This document shows positions 52,301 to 64,000 of a DNA stretch of 64,000 bases, one piece after another. Both the position numbers and the translations under genes were made by a program. The stretch comes from Octopus vulgaris (taxonomy: Eukaryota), in NCBI GenBank assembly GCA_951406725.2, contig OX597815.1:162564001-162628000 (forward strand). Direction: 5' to 3'. How positions within the stretch are numbered: the stretch's first letter is position 1; each line of letters starts with the position of its first letter. Below the pieces are notes generated by a model. That model saw only the letters and a program-made list of their open reading frames with translations, was not told the origin of the DNA and did no database searches.

Positions 52301-52376
52301 TTTCGGTCACTGCTTGGAATCAAACTCAGAATCTTGGGGTTAGTAGCCCGTGCTCTTAACCACTACGCCATATGCC
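52301..52376 (-). mobile_element. tRNA-like Pol III cassette (pseudo-tRNA/SINE head)
   Basis: A box TGGCGTAGTGG; anticodon arm GGG-CTACTAA-CCC; B-box-like GAGTTTGATTCC; acceptor stem does not pair. Confidence 0.7.
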
Positions 52377-52431
<55 letters not shown>

Positions 52432-52492
52432 TAATAATAATAACATCAAAGAATACCTTAGGAATGAGAACCCAGGTTCGAAATTTCCCCAA

Positions 52493-52538
52493 GACACCTG
52501 AAGAAGGCTGGAGGGTATATCAGCCGAAACGTTGTGTT
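52493..52538 (+). ncRNA. minimal type I hammerhead ribozyme motif (Penelope-type)
   Basis: GACAC-CTGAAGA-A-GGCTG(10-nt loop)CAGCC-GAAA-CG-TT-GTGTT; palindromic ACGT in place of stem III. Confidence 0.7.
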
Positions 52539-52737
52539 AACAACAAACAAGAGGAGAACAAATATCCGTCGAATGTAAATAATGTAAATATTACTTAGCT
52601 TGGAAATATGCAAAGGTTGGTGACAGGAAGGACATCTGGCCATAGAAAATCAACATTTTCCATCCAACTCATGCAAACATGGAAAATTTAACATTAAAAT
52701 GATGATGATGATGACGACGACAACAACAATGACGACA

Positions 52738-52768
<31 letters not shown>

Positions 52769-53354
52769 CACTGATATGCATGAGGTTTTTACTAAATGTA
52801 CTTGAGGTATGTACTCTCTCACCACAAATAACGTTGACTAATTCTGAGATCTCATAAAATAAACTGAATAGACTTAACTGAAAATGGTGAAAGAAATTTA
52901 TATATATACAGTATATTCTCGAGTGCATATATTAATCTCTGATGTTTTCAGTACTAGATAATTGACCTAACCAATGAAATGAATGAGAATTTATGGTTAG
53001 AATTTTTATAATGAAATTTCAGTAGTTTATTACCTGTTTGACACTGATCAGTGTAAACACTTCATCTGAATCATTGATGAAAATATGACACTGTCGTTCA
53101 AGTTATAAGAAATAGCAACTAAATTTCCTTCAAACCACATGCCAATGACTTAAGCAAAACCAATATATTAGTTCAGCTATTATCAATTTTTTTATGAAAT
53201 GGACTGGTTTCATGCAAGACAATTTTTCCACAAACCAGATAATCACATGCATAACAAAATGCAATAACATGCAGAATATATAATTTAATTAATACATATA
53301 TATAATAATATACTATTCCATTATTACATAATGTCTAAAAAGCACAAATATTAC

Positions 53355-53775
53355 TCTCTTTTTACCCTTTTACTCATTTACTTGTTTCAGTCATTTGACT
53401 GTGGCCATGCTGGAGCACCGCCTCTAGTCGAGCAAATCGGCCCCAGGACTGATTCTTTGTAAGCCTAGTACTTATTCTATCCGTCTCTTTTGTTGAACTG
53501 CTAAGTTACGGGGACGTAAACACACCAGCATCGGTTGTCAAGTGATGTTGGGGGGGACAAACACAGATACACAAACACACACACATACACACATATATAT
53601 ATACATATATACGACAGGTTTCTTTCAGTTTCCATCTACCAAATCCACTCACAAGGCTTTGGTCGTACCGAGGCTATAGTAGAAGACACTTGCCTAAGGT
53701 GCCACACTGTGGGACTGAACCCAGAACTATGTTGTTGGTAAGCAAGCTACTTACCATACAGCCACTCCTATGCCT
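53355..53775 (-). mobile_element. SINE family B
   Basis: Full-length family match. Confidence 0.85.
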
Positions 53776-54159
53776 ATTACATACATTTTCACATTGAAAT
53801 TTTATATAAACTGGAATTGAAAGCAGAGTTAGTACAGAAACAATTGTAACTGATCATTAAAAATATATCAAAGTATTTCTGTGTTATTATTTTGATTATA
53901 TATATATATTTTATGTTTATGAATTTGTTTTGAAAGATTCCTGGTATGCTGAAACAGATATTACCATATTTCAGGAGGGTAATTTTTTTTTCTTGCCAAA
54001 TAAACACACGCACTATATACTCATTCTTCACTTGTTTATTAGCATTGTTCTTATTCTATATCCATTGTCTGAAATCTTTTGCCACACACCTGTGACCTCT
54101 TCAGTGACTTTACACCCCATGTTTCTCCTTCTGTTCTGTTTAGTCCATTTTCTGTGTGT

Positions 54160-54525
54160 GAAGGTGTGTGGTTTAGTGGTCAGGGTGTTGTACTCACAAT
54201 TACAAGATAGTGGTTCGATTCCAGGGCCAAGCGGTGTGTCATGCTCTTGAGTAAAATACTTTATTTCATGTGGCTTCAATCCACTTTGCTGTAAATGAGT
54301 GACATCCTTTGATGGACTAGCATCTCATTTAGTGGAGAATGCTGTAATTTTGATTGCTTATATGCCATAGAAACAGGGTAACCAGCCCTTATGAGTCCTA
54401 GAACTTTACTGTAAATGAGTGACCCTTGTGATGGACTGGCATCCTGTTTAGTGGAGAATGTTGTAATTTCAATCACTTATATGTAATGGAAACTGGGTAG
54501 CCAGCCCTTATGTGTTCTAGAACTC
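54160..54525 (+). mobile_element. tRNA-derived SINE with tandemly duplicated ~120-bp 3' half
   Basis: A/B boxes; CTGTAAATGAGTGAC...GATGGACT...CCAGCCCTTATG...CTAGAACT occurs twice. Confidence 0.75.
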
Positions 54526-54614
54526 AAGACACTAATGCAAACAAAAATGTGTATGGGTAATGTCTTTGTGTTTCAGCAAAAGAGACCAGTTTGACAAAAC
54601 AGAGTATTAGAATA

Positions 54615-55118
54615 CTGTAAATTCTCGACTATAGTCCGCCCTTGAGTATAATACACAGGGAATTTTTAGGGGGCTGTACCTCTGAAAAACCTAAACCTTG
54701 TGTATAATACACACCCCTTCTCTAACTTGAGTCAAGGAGGTCTATATAACGTCCTTGGTTTGTAAAAATGTATATGGTAACATCCTTTATTATTATTGTA
54801 TATATAACATAATGCAAATGTGTAGCTTTTTTGTGCATTTTGTTCGCAGAAAATAAAGAAATAACAATAATAACATTAATAACATTTAATAAATGTTGCT
54901 TATTGCAAGTTATGGATGATTCTTTTATGACTTCATTGCTTTTAGGCTTAGCTTAAGGTATTTTTGTGCCCGACATCACAGAATGCATCTGAATAAACAT
55001 TGTCAGACAGCAAATAGAGACTCGGAATTTCATTTTTTACCTCGTATATAGTATGCACTAGGGATTTTGACCTTTAAATTTTGGGGAAAAAATGCGGATC
55101 ATACTCAAGGATTTATGG
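54615..55118. mobile_element. Tc2/pogo-like MITE
   Basis: TA TSD; ~25-bp imperfect TIR CTGTAAATTCTCGACTATAGTCCGC / GCGGATCATACTCAAGGATTTATGG. Confidence 0.75.
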
Positions 55119-57794
55119 TATATACCTGGCTTAATAACAAGTACTGAGGCCAATTAGATCAATGAAACCCTACAAGGTGGTGCTCCAGCATGGCTGCACT
55201 CCAATGGCTGAAACAAATAAAAGGTAAAAGATATAACAAAAAGATTAATGCAATCCTAACATAGAATTGCTGCACGGGACAAAACTGGACATTTGAATCA
55301 CAAGTACAGTTCTTCCATTGACTTTCTGCATAGTTTATGTCTGTCTACCAAAATTTCATTTACAAGACTTAGTTCCACCCTGATCTTATGGTAGAAGACA
55401 TACCTTGAAATGCCATGTGGTGAGATTGAATTTGAAACCATGTGGTTATGAAGCAAACTTCTTAAACTTTCGATCTTACTAGTATATATATATATATATA
55501 TATGAATGTATGTATATTTATATATGTACATGTGTGTGTGTGTGTATACATACATACATATATATGTATATGTATGAGCGAGAGAGAGAGTGAGCTGTTT
55601 GAGTATAATTACATCTCTTTACTCTCATAGTATAAAGAAATATAATTAAATACCACGAGGCATTTTAAAGTCTTTTACTCTATATATTCTGCCAGTCACC
55701 GACCCATCTCAACTCTTCTTTAATCCTTTAAATAGTATAAATAATATAGATTTGTAACTAGCATATCGAAATATGCCTCTTAGCTATAGCAATGTTCATT
55801 TAGCTGCATTTTAACATCATTGATGTGCATGCTATATATATATCTATATATATATATATATATACGAATGTCATCCTCAGCATAATCACCACCACCACCC
55901 CCACCACCACCACTAACAACCACTACCAACCATCACTACCACCAGCAACAAAAACAACCCCCACCACTACTGTACCACAAACACCAATGTATATACCACT
56001 ACCTTCACCACCACTATTTCCACTGCCACCACCACCACCACCATTACCATTGCTGCCACTACCATCATTGCTACAACCACCGCTGCCACCACCATTATTT
56101 TGATGTCCACTTCTTCATGCTTTCCTGAGATTAGTAGAAGCAAATTTTTCTATAGCCAATTGTTTTTCCCATTGCCTACCCTCACCTATTTCCAAGCAAG
56201 AAAAATTATTTCAAGAATAGACATGTTTCCATGGAGGATCAGAAACAACCTATGCTACATTGTATGACTGATACACATTTACAACTATAGTGCAACATCA
56301 AGACAAGGCAACACATGCACACACATACCTATGTATTATGGGTTAGACAATGTAACTGGAACTGGTAAGCCAGAGAGCTGCACCAAATTCCAATCTGATT
56401 CGGCATGGTTTCTATGGATAGATGCCCTTCCTAATGCCAACTACTCCAAGTGCGTAATGGGTGCTTTTTATGTTCCACCGGCATGGATGATTTTATGTGC
56501 CACCAGCATGAGTACCAGTTACAGGATACTGGTATTGGCCATGATTAAGATTTCACTTCATTTGATGAGTTTTCTCAAGCACAGCATATTGTCAAAGGTC
56601 TGGGGCACTTGTCACTGCCTCTGTGAGGCCCATTATTCGAAGATCATGCTTCACCACCTCATCCCATGTCTTCCTGTGTCTACCTCTTCCACAGATTCTC
56701 TTCATTGTTAGAGGTCAGCACTTCTTTACACAGCTTTCCTCTGAAACAACTTTGTAATGCTTTACTTCAAACCCCTTTAATTCTTAATATCATTTCTATT
56801 TTATACAAGTTGGACCTCTTTGTATGTAAACATATATACAGTTTTTGTATATAATGTATTAAATATTCTTCGCATATTGACCTGTCTAACTTGCTTATCC
56901 TTACATTCACACGCACACACACACACACATACACACACGCACACACACACACACATACACACATGCACACACACACACACACGCAAACGTGTGTGTGTAT
57001 ACATGTGCCATTCATAATTTCTTATCTATCTTTGGACTTTTCCTTTTCTCTTTTCCAACGAAGAGCTTATGCTTGAAACATCAAGCTCTCTTCTTTCACC
57101 AAGTGTTAAGCTAATGCATTTCTTGTGCATGTCAGCACATTCATTTTTTCCTTTGTTTATTTACATTGACAATATATATATATATATATATATATATGTA
57201 TTATGTGTATATATATTTATGTATTATATATATGTGTGTGTGTGTGTGTGAGTATATACATATATGTATGTATGTATATGTGTATGTGTGTGTGAATTCA
57301 TGTATTATCTGTATTATGACAACTGTCTGGCAAACAGTCATGAGTAACTCTAAGTAACAGTTTATCTATCTATCTATCTATCTATCTGTGGGTGTGTGTT
57401 CCAGGAAAATTTTGCTGCTATTTCTGAAAGGTTACATCAAGGACTCAATATCCAACCATAGATGAATTTCACTCTTCAGAAGTACTCAAATAACAGAGTT
57501 GTTTCATCCACCTTTTGTAATAAACGGTGAGCACACAGGTGCACAGGAATCTCATGATCTCAGTTAATTGTCTAATTAGTAATTAACAAAACATAAGATA
57601 ATTACAGGATACTCAATTTCATTACATTCACCACACAACAAAAAACAAAAAGAGGAACATTTAGAAGACATGCCAAAAAAGCAAGTCCTGAGAAAAACAA
57701 CACCTCATAATTAACAGCACAAAATGTAACAAAAAAAAAAAAGGTCACTGTTTATCATTAAGCCAGTAAGACTATTTATATAGGCAACAGTTGT

Positions 57795-58220
57795 AAGTGC
57801 TGGCATGACTGTGTGGCTAAAGAGTTCACTTTGGAACCATGTGACTTTAGATTCAGCCCTCTGCATGGCACCTTAGGCAAGTGTCTTCTGCTATAGCCCT
57901 GGGTTGATCAATGACTTGTGAATGAATATAGCAGATGGAAACTGTGTGGAAGCCCATCATATAAAAATATGTGTGTGTGTGTGTGTCTCTCTCTCTTTCT
58001 CTCTGTCTCTGTGTTTGTTCCGTTACGCATCTTGATAACCAGTATTAGTTTGTTTATGTCCCTGTAACTTAATGATTTTACAAAAGAGACTGATAGAATA
58101 AAGTACCACACTTTAAAAATAAGTACTGGAGTTGATTTGTTTGATTTGGTTAAACCCTTTCAAGGCAGTGCTCCAGTATGACTGCAGTCCAATGACTGAA
58201 ACAAGTAAAATGAAAAGATA
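57795..58220 (+). mobile_element. SINE family B
   Basis: Family match in + orientation. Confidence 0.8.
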
Positions 58221-58414
58221 GGTTGGGATTCTTCTTGTTCTTTTTGGTTTATTAGAATTATTTGTTGCAGTTGTATTAGCAGTTTCCAAACTAGGATATC
58301 CTGGAACTCCAAGGTTCTATAAGACATTGTTTGGGGTTCTGGGAGAAATAATGGTAAATAAGCTAATTGTATCCAAATGTATTTTTGGGCTTAGTTTTTA
58401 TTTTTTGTCTTTAT

Positions 58415-58624
58415 TCTTTTACTAGTTTCAGTCATTTGACTTTGGCTATGCTGGAGCACTGCCTTTAGTCGGACAAATCGACTTTAGGACTTATTCTTTA
58501 TAAGCCTAGTACTTATTCTATCAGTCTCTTTTACCAAACCACTAAGTTATGGGAACATAAACACACCGACATCAGTTGTCAAGCGATGGTGGATGGACAA
58601 ACACAGACACACAAATACATACAT

Positions 58625-58659
<35 letters not shown>

Positions 58660-58819
58660 AGGCTTCTTTCAGTTTCTGCCTACTAAATCCACTTCCGTGG
58701 CTTAAGTTGGTCTGAGGCTATAGTAGAAGACACTTGCCCAAGGTGCCATGCAGTGGGATTGAATTCAGAACCAGGTGGTTGGGAAGCAAGCTTCTTACCA
58801 AGCAGCCACTCCTGCACCT
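58415..58819 (-). mobile_element. SINE family B
   Basis: Family match in - orientation. Confidence 0.85.
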
Positions 58820-59009
58820 AAACTTCAACTTGTTTCAGTCATTGGGTTGTTCCTATGCTGTGGAGTGCCACCTCGAAAAGTTTAGTCGAAAAGATTGGCC
58901 TCAGTACTTATTCTTAAGCCTGGAATTTATTTTTATCAGTTATTGTATCAGCTCAACTGTTAAGTTATGGGCATGTAAAGAACCACAAACATATACACAT
59001 ACACACATC

Positions 59010-59280
59010 ATCTTAGTCAGGTGTCGCACTATGCAATGCTGTGGTCATCATGATGTCCTGCCACCTCCTCCTGTCCCCTACCCCATGGACAGCTGAGAAT
59101 AAAGACAATCCTGTGGCTGCGATGTCTTTCAGCCAAGAAGTGGGTGGTCTGCCTCTTTTACGTCTGCCGTTCACCTTGCCAGTTATGATCGTTCACTCAA
59201 GTCCATCCCAGCGCATGATGTGGCCAGAGAACTGTAGCTTCCACTTCATGATGTTTCGCCGAAGTGTCATCTCACAACAT
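59010..59280 (-). mobile_element. RTE (BovB-like) LINE 3' end
   Basis: KLQFSGHIMRWDGLE*TIITGKVNGRRKRGRPPTSWLKDI. Confidence 0.85.
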
Positions 59281-60874
59281 ACATAAATACTATGTGAAGT
59301 GGTTAGTGTGGTAGCAGAGATCATGATGGACACAATAGGGGCAATTAATTGAGGAGAGGCAAATAAGTCGGAAGGGACTGAAAGATTGTGACATAATACC
59401 AGCAAGCTTTGAGAAGTAGAAACACTATTATTCCTTAAGACGTTTGGCTCTTTTTGGAGCATGTGTGTAGTGACTTGTAAAAGTGTAACTGAATGAATAA
59501 AAATTAACATGTCTCCATTGGAGGATGTTTTTATCTGGTATTTGTTAAAGAGGTCTAATATGATTCATGTATTAATAACATCTGTATGCTAAATATTTTT
59601 CAAAGAGTGAAGGCTAGTACCATCTAAGTTGGGATGGGTTTAATTTGAAGTTACAACAAGTTATTGCTGCTGTTTTGTTGCAAATCAACCCTTATCAAGC
59701 AGTCCTATGATCCAACCATAACCATCCTATCTTGTTTCTAGTGTCAGTGTATCTAAGACTACATTATCTAATGTGTTCTCCCTTTGTTTCAGATGATAGA
59801 ATGTAATTTGAAGAAGTTTCGCATGCTATATCTGTCAGGCCAAGCTACTATAGATAGTATCAAATATTACTAACCCTTACATTCAACAACATAAACATAC
59901 TACAGCATACACACAGAAGAAATATTTCACAAAATATGTGTGAAAAAGTTAAATCAAGTACAAACATATGGGAGCAAACTTTGGTACTATATTTGCCCAA
60001 TAGAAAGTTGGGCAAATAATATTTTAGATTCATCATTATCCTCATCATTTAACATCCGTTTTTCATGCTAGCATGGGTTGGATAGTTCAACCGGGTTCTG
60101 GGAAGCCAGGAGGCTGCGCCAGGCTCCAGTCTGATCTGGCAGTGTTTCTACAGCTGGATACCCTTCCTAATGCCAACCACTCCATGAGTGTAGTGGGTGC
60201 TTTTTACATGCCACCGGCACAGGGGCCAGAGGAGGCTGGCAAATGGCCACGATTGGTTGGTGCTTTTTATGTGTCACTGAAACTGATGACAGTCAGGCAG
60301 TGCTGGCATCATCCACATTCAGATGGTGCTTTTTACGTGCCTAATAGCCTATAATGGTCCTGCCTGGGCCTTCAATTCCTTCAGATTAAACCACAATATA
60401 CTTAAACTACATTAAAAAAGATAACAGTATAGAATGCATCATAATAGTTTATGCACAAACCACACCAAGGGCACCAACAAAACAAAACTAAAATAATAAT
60501 TAACAATGATAAATCATCTGTACATACATGGTGCATACTTGTTTGAGCAAGCTGCAAACTCAACAGTTTCTGTCATTATATGATAAACGACTTCCATGTA
60601 CCATGTGTCTGGGGAGAGTCATTTTCTTTTTGTGCATTATAATTTTAACACACTCACTGGTAAAATTTCCACTTATTTCTTATTTTTATTTTCCTAAAAT
60701 TTTCGTTGCGTCTTGCAACCTTTTCAATAGTCTTGACTTCCATGCAATTGGACACATATGCAACATCTCTAAGCACTACTGCAACAATCTAAAAACACTA
60801 CATCTGCCATTCACTTCAGTCAAGCCTAGAAAAGAACACATTCATACAGAAATAGTCGCGATATCAATAGTACC

Positions 60875-60994
60875 AACAATATCAAGTATTGTTCCTCTGT
60901 ACCTACAGTTAGTTGTAGATTCCTACACAGTATCAAACTGTGTAGGAATCTACACTACTAATTGTAGGTACAGAGGAACAATATTTGAAATGTT
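60875..60994. other. near-perfect ~50-bp hairpin with 5-nt loop
   Basis: TCAAGTATTGTTCCTCTGTACCTACAGTTAGTTGTAGATTCCTACACAGT-ATCAA-reverse complement, with 2 substitutions and one 2-nt bulge. Confidence 0.95.
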
Positions 60995-62405
60995 TTGATT
61001 GTGTCTAGCTTGCTTGCATTCAATATGATTACCACTAGTTTAAGCAGGTACAGAAATAGACTGGGCAGTTGAGGTGGGTAAGAAAGAGAGAGAGGGAGAG
61101 AAGTATATCTGGACTGTCACACAGCATCTCATATCATATATCACTATACTCTAGACTGTACAGTATGTCTTCCAGTTAGGCAGAAATCTGGTTTAACAGG
61201 GAGAAGGTATCTGCGGGTCATGTCTCATCATTTAACCAATTATGTGCATGCCAAAGGATTGTTGATGAAGGCTAACTCTCATGTAGTACCAACAGTAACA
61301 ATTGCTTATAAGCATACTCATAACTAAACCATGAAATACATGTAAGTTTATAAAAATAAACAAAAAAATTGGCACTCTGTGAGTAACGATAACGAGGGTT
61401 CCAATTGATCTGATAACAGAACAGCCTGCTTGTGAAATTAATGTGCAAGTGGCTGAGAACTCCATAGACACATGTACCTTTAACTTAGTTCTCAGAGAGA
61501 TCCCATATGACACAGAATATGACAAGGCTGACCCTTTGAAACACAGGTACAACTCATTTTTGCCAGCTGAGTGGACTGGACAAATGTGAAATAAAGTGTC
61601 TTGCTCAAAGGCACAACACACAGCCAAGAATTGAGCTCACAACCTTATGATCATGAGTTAAATATCTCAATTGCTTAACCACATACCTAAGTCAGAGACA
61701 TCTTAGTGATTATGTTCTGTAATTCAGCTTATAACATCTTTTGATGAAAAGCAAAAGAAAAAAATACTCTGTTTATGAACTGAAATAATCATTGAGTCAA
61801 CGAGGGAACTTCCACATAATCACTCAACTGGCAAGAAAGGTAGCCAAACCTCCTTCAAATCACACCCTACTCTGTTAAGAAGAATGACACACTGAACCAT
61901 GAAGTCCCTGATATATATAAAAAAAAGAACTTGGTGGTCATGGCTAGAAGACTTTCAGTCATAAATTTGCCTGATCAAAGTTGACTTGAGACTAAATGAC
62001 AACTACAACATCAACAATAAAATTTATTGATTCATTTTTATTTCTAAGATATCAGTAAACTTTCTAATCACTCGGAAGATATTGACTGACAGAATGTAAT
62101 AACATACAAGATGCAATAATAGATTAGATGCAATAACACATTTCTGTATCTTGTCAAACAACATTTCCATGTAACAACATAAACACATTTAATAATAAAT
62201 CCATAAATCCTTTTTATTCTGACTCACAAATCTGGTAAACAAGCTGGATTATAATAACTTTAAAGATTTAAGACCATAATATTAATCTAGAGATTTTTGT
62301 GCCTTAAGATATCATTCCTAGTTTCCAGTTTATTTCTCTACAAGACTTTATGAGTGTTGATATAGTAAACAAGGCATTTGTTCAGATGTGGTTATTGTAT
62401 ATGGT

Positions 62406-63450
62406 ATATACTTTATCAATATAATATAGTTAATATATGTGTGTCAGCTGTGGTGTTTTCATTCAGGGAAAAATCCCTTTATAGACATATTGTGTGAGAA
62501 AAAACACAATATACTTCAGAGCTAGGTGAAGTGAAATCACCTTAGAAGTGACTGTAGAAGCAACAGATAATATATTTCACTGTTATTGTGGCTTGTCAAA
62601 GTCATATACTGGTATCACTACTGAAACGATTGAATCAGCCAGTCTGAAGCTATAGAGATTAGTGTATAAACATATGTTAAGTATGCTACATTGATAAAAA
62701 TTTGACTACAGAACTGCTTCAATTGCATAATTTGAATTTTATTCTATTTATGCAGCACCTTTTTCAAATCAGTGTGTAGTTTATACATTAATCTCTTTAT
62801 ATATATTCGAGACTGGCTGATTCAAACTTGTTTCAAAAGTGACACCAGTACATGACACTGACAAGCTGCAACTACAGTGAAATACATATCTGTCATTCTT
62901 GTAGTCAGTTCTGGGTTGAATTTATTTCCCCTAGCACTGGAATAAAATGTGTCTTTTAACACAATATGTCAATAAAGAGATTTTCCAAGATGGAAAATTG
63001 CAGTTTCTTGATGTTAAATGACACCCATACATGAAGTATGTTATATTGATAAAATTTTTGCTACAGAACTGCTTCTATTGCATAATTTGAATTTTGTTCT
63101 GCTTATCTTGTACTTTTTCAAATCAGTGTATACTTTATACACTGTTTGTATATACTTTAGACTAATTGATTTAATCTCATTACAGAAGTGACATGAGTAT
63201 GTGACACTGATAAGCCATAATTGTAAAATACGTATCTGTTGCTCTTGTGGTCACATCTGGGGCAATTTTGTTTCATCTAGCTTTGAAGTATATTGTGAGT
63301 TTTTTTTTAACACAATACATCTATAAAGGGATTTTTCCCTGGAAGCAAAACCACAGCTTCTGGCTGTTCAATGATACACAAACATTAAGTATATTATATT
63401 GATAAAGCTTTTGCTATAGAGCTAGCTGCTCCAGTTGCATAATTCAAATA
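62406..63450. repeat. foldback/tandem structure: one inverted ~265-bp copy plus ~2.2 direct ~355-bp units
   Basis: AAGTAT...TTGATAAA recurs at 62679, 63034, 63387; 62406-62671 is the reverse complement of ~62779-63055. Confidence 0.9.
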
Positions 63451-64000
63451 TTATTGTATGTCTATTGTTCCTGTCCCACTTTTTTGGTATCTTAATGAGC
63501 TGCCATCCCAGATCTGAATATTATTGCTGCTACTTGTATTGCCATGTTATCAATTACTTTTCGATATAACTTAAAAAAACAAAAAAAAACAAAAAAAAAA
63601 TCACTCCTGTTTGCACCTCAGAAGTGTTATCTTCTACCAGCAGTAGAATTGATACTGCTAAAAGCATTTCTATTAGACCCAAACTAATATTATCTTCTAT
63701 TTAATACTAATACTACCACTGTCACCTTCATCAACAATCCATTGTGAGGAGCCTCTATGTAGTCATTCAACCTGCTAGAAATAGTAGCTACATCTCTCTC
63801 AAATCACACCCAGTTGTCTTAAAAAGGTAATCTGGCCTTGAATTCTCTTGCAGATAAGAAAAGACAGAATGGTTAATGGAGATCTGTTCAATGATAGTTG
63901 AACTGGGAATTAAACAGCAACACTAAATTCTGCTTTTGCTGCTGCTGCTTTTCTTCTTTTTCCTCTCACCACCACCACCACCACAACCACAACAACAACA

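Noticed and set aside
52301-52376. Functional tRNA-Ser(ACT) gene
   Set aside because: Acceptor stem unpaired, no long variable arm, atypical anticodon; treated as a SINE-type head
55825-56103. Pro/Thr-rich mucin/extensin-like ORF
   Set aside because: Degenerate (CCA)n microsatellite
60528-60998. 156-aa ORF
   Set aside because: Crosses repeat-like sequence and a palindrome; no recognisable domain

Overview
AT-rich, repeat-dense animal genomic DNA. The SINE/LINE families and (TAA)n/(CAT)n/(CA)n microsatellite load resemble a coleoid cephalopod (Octopus-like); this is recognition from memory, not a database result. The only confidently identified host gene piece is the first coding exon of MBOAT7 (LPIAT1) on the - strand (12171-11954); no second exon was recognisable in the remaining ~11.9 kb. 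Its promoter sits in a CpG-retaining zone (~9.4-14.3 kb) with CTCF-like and ETS motifs and + strand donor sites, suggesting a divergent, still unidentified transcript. The rest is mostly degenerate mobile DNA: mariner and maT (DD37D-like) transposases, hAT/piggyBac/Merlin/Tc2-type MITEs, a Helitron, RTE, Tx1/L1, Dong/R4 and Hero LINE fragments, and many tRNA-derived SINEs. The most interesting signals are Penelope-type hammerhead ribozyme motifs (one intact, beside a tRNA-like cassette), a 1-kb foldback/tandem repeat, a near-perfect 120-nt hairpin, and an old duplicated exon-like block with C/D-box-like motifs. Repeat boundaries without a stated TSD are approximate. No novel protein-coding system can be supported.
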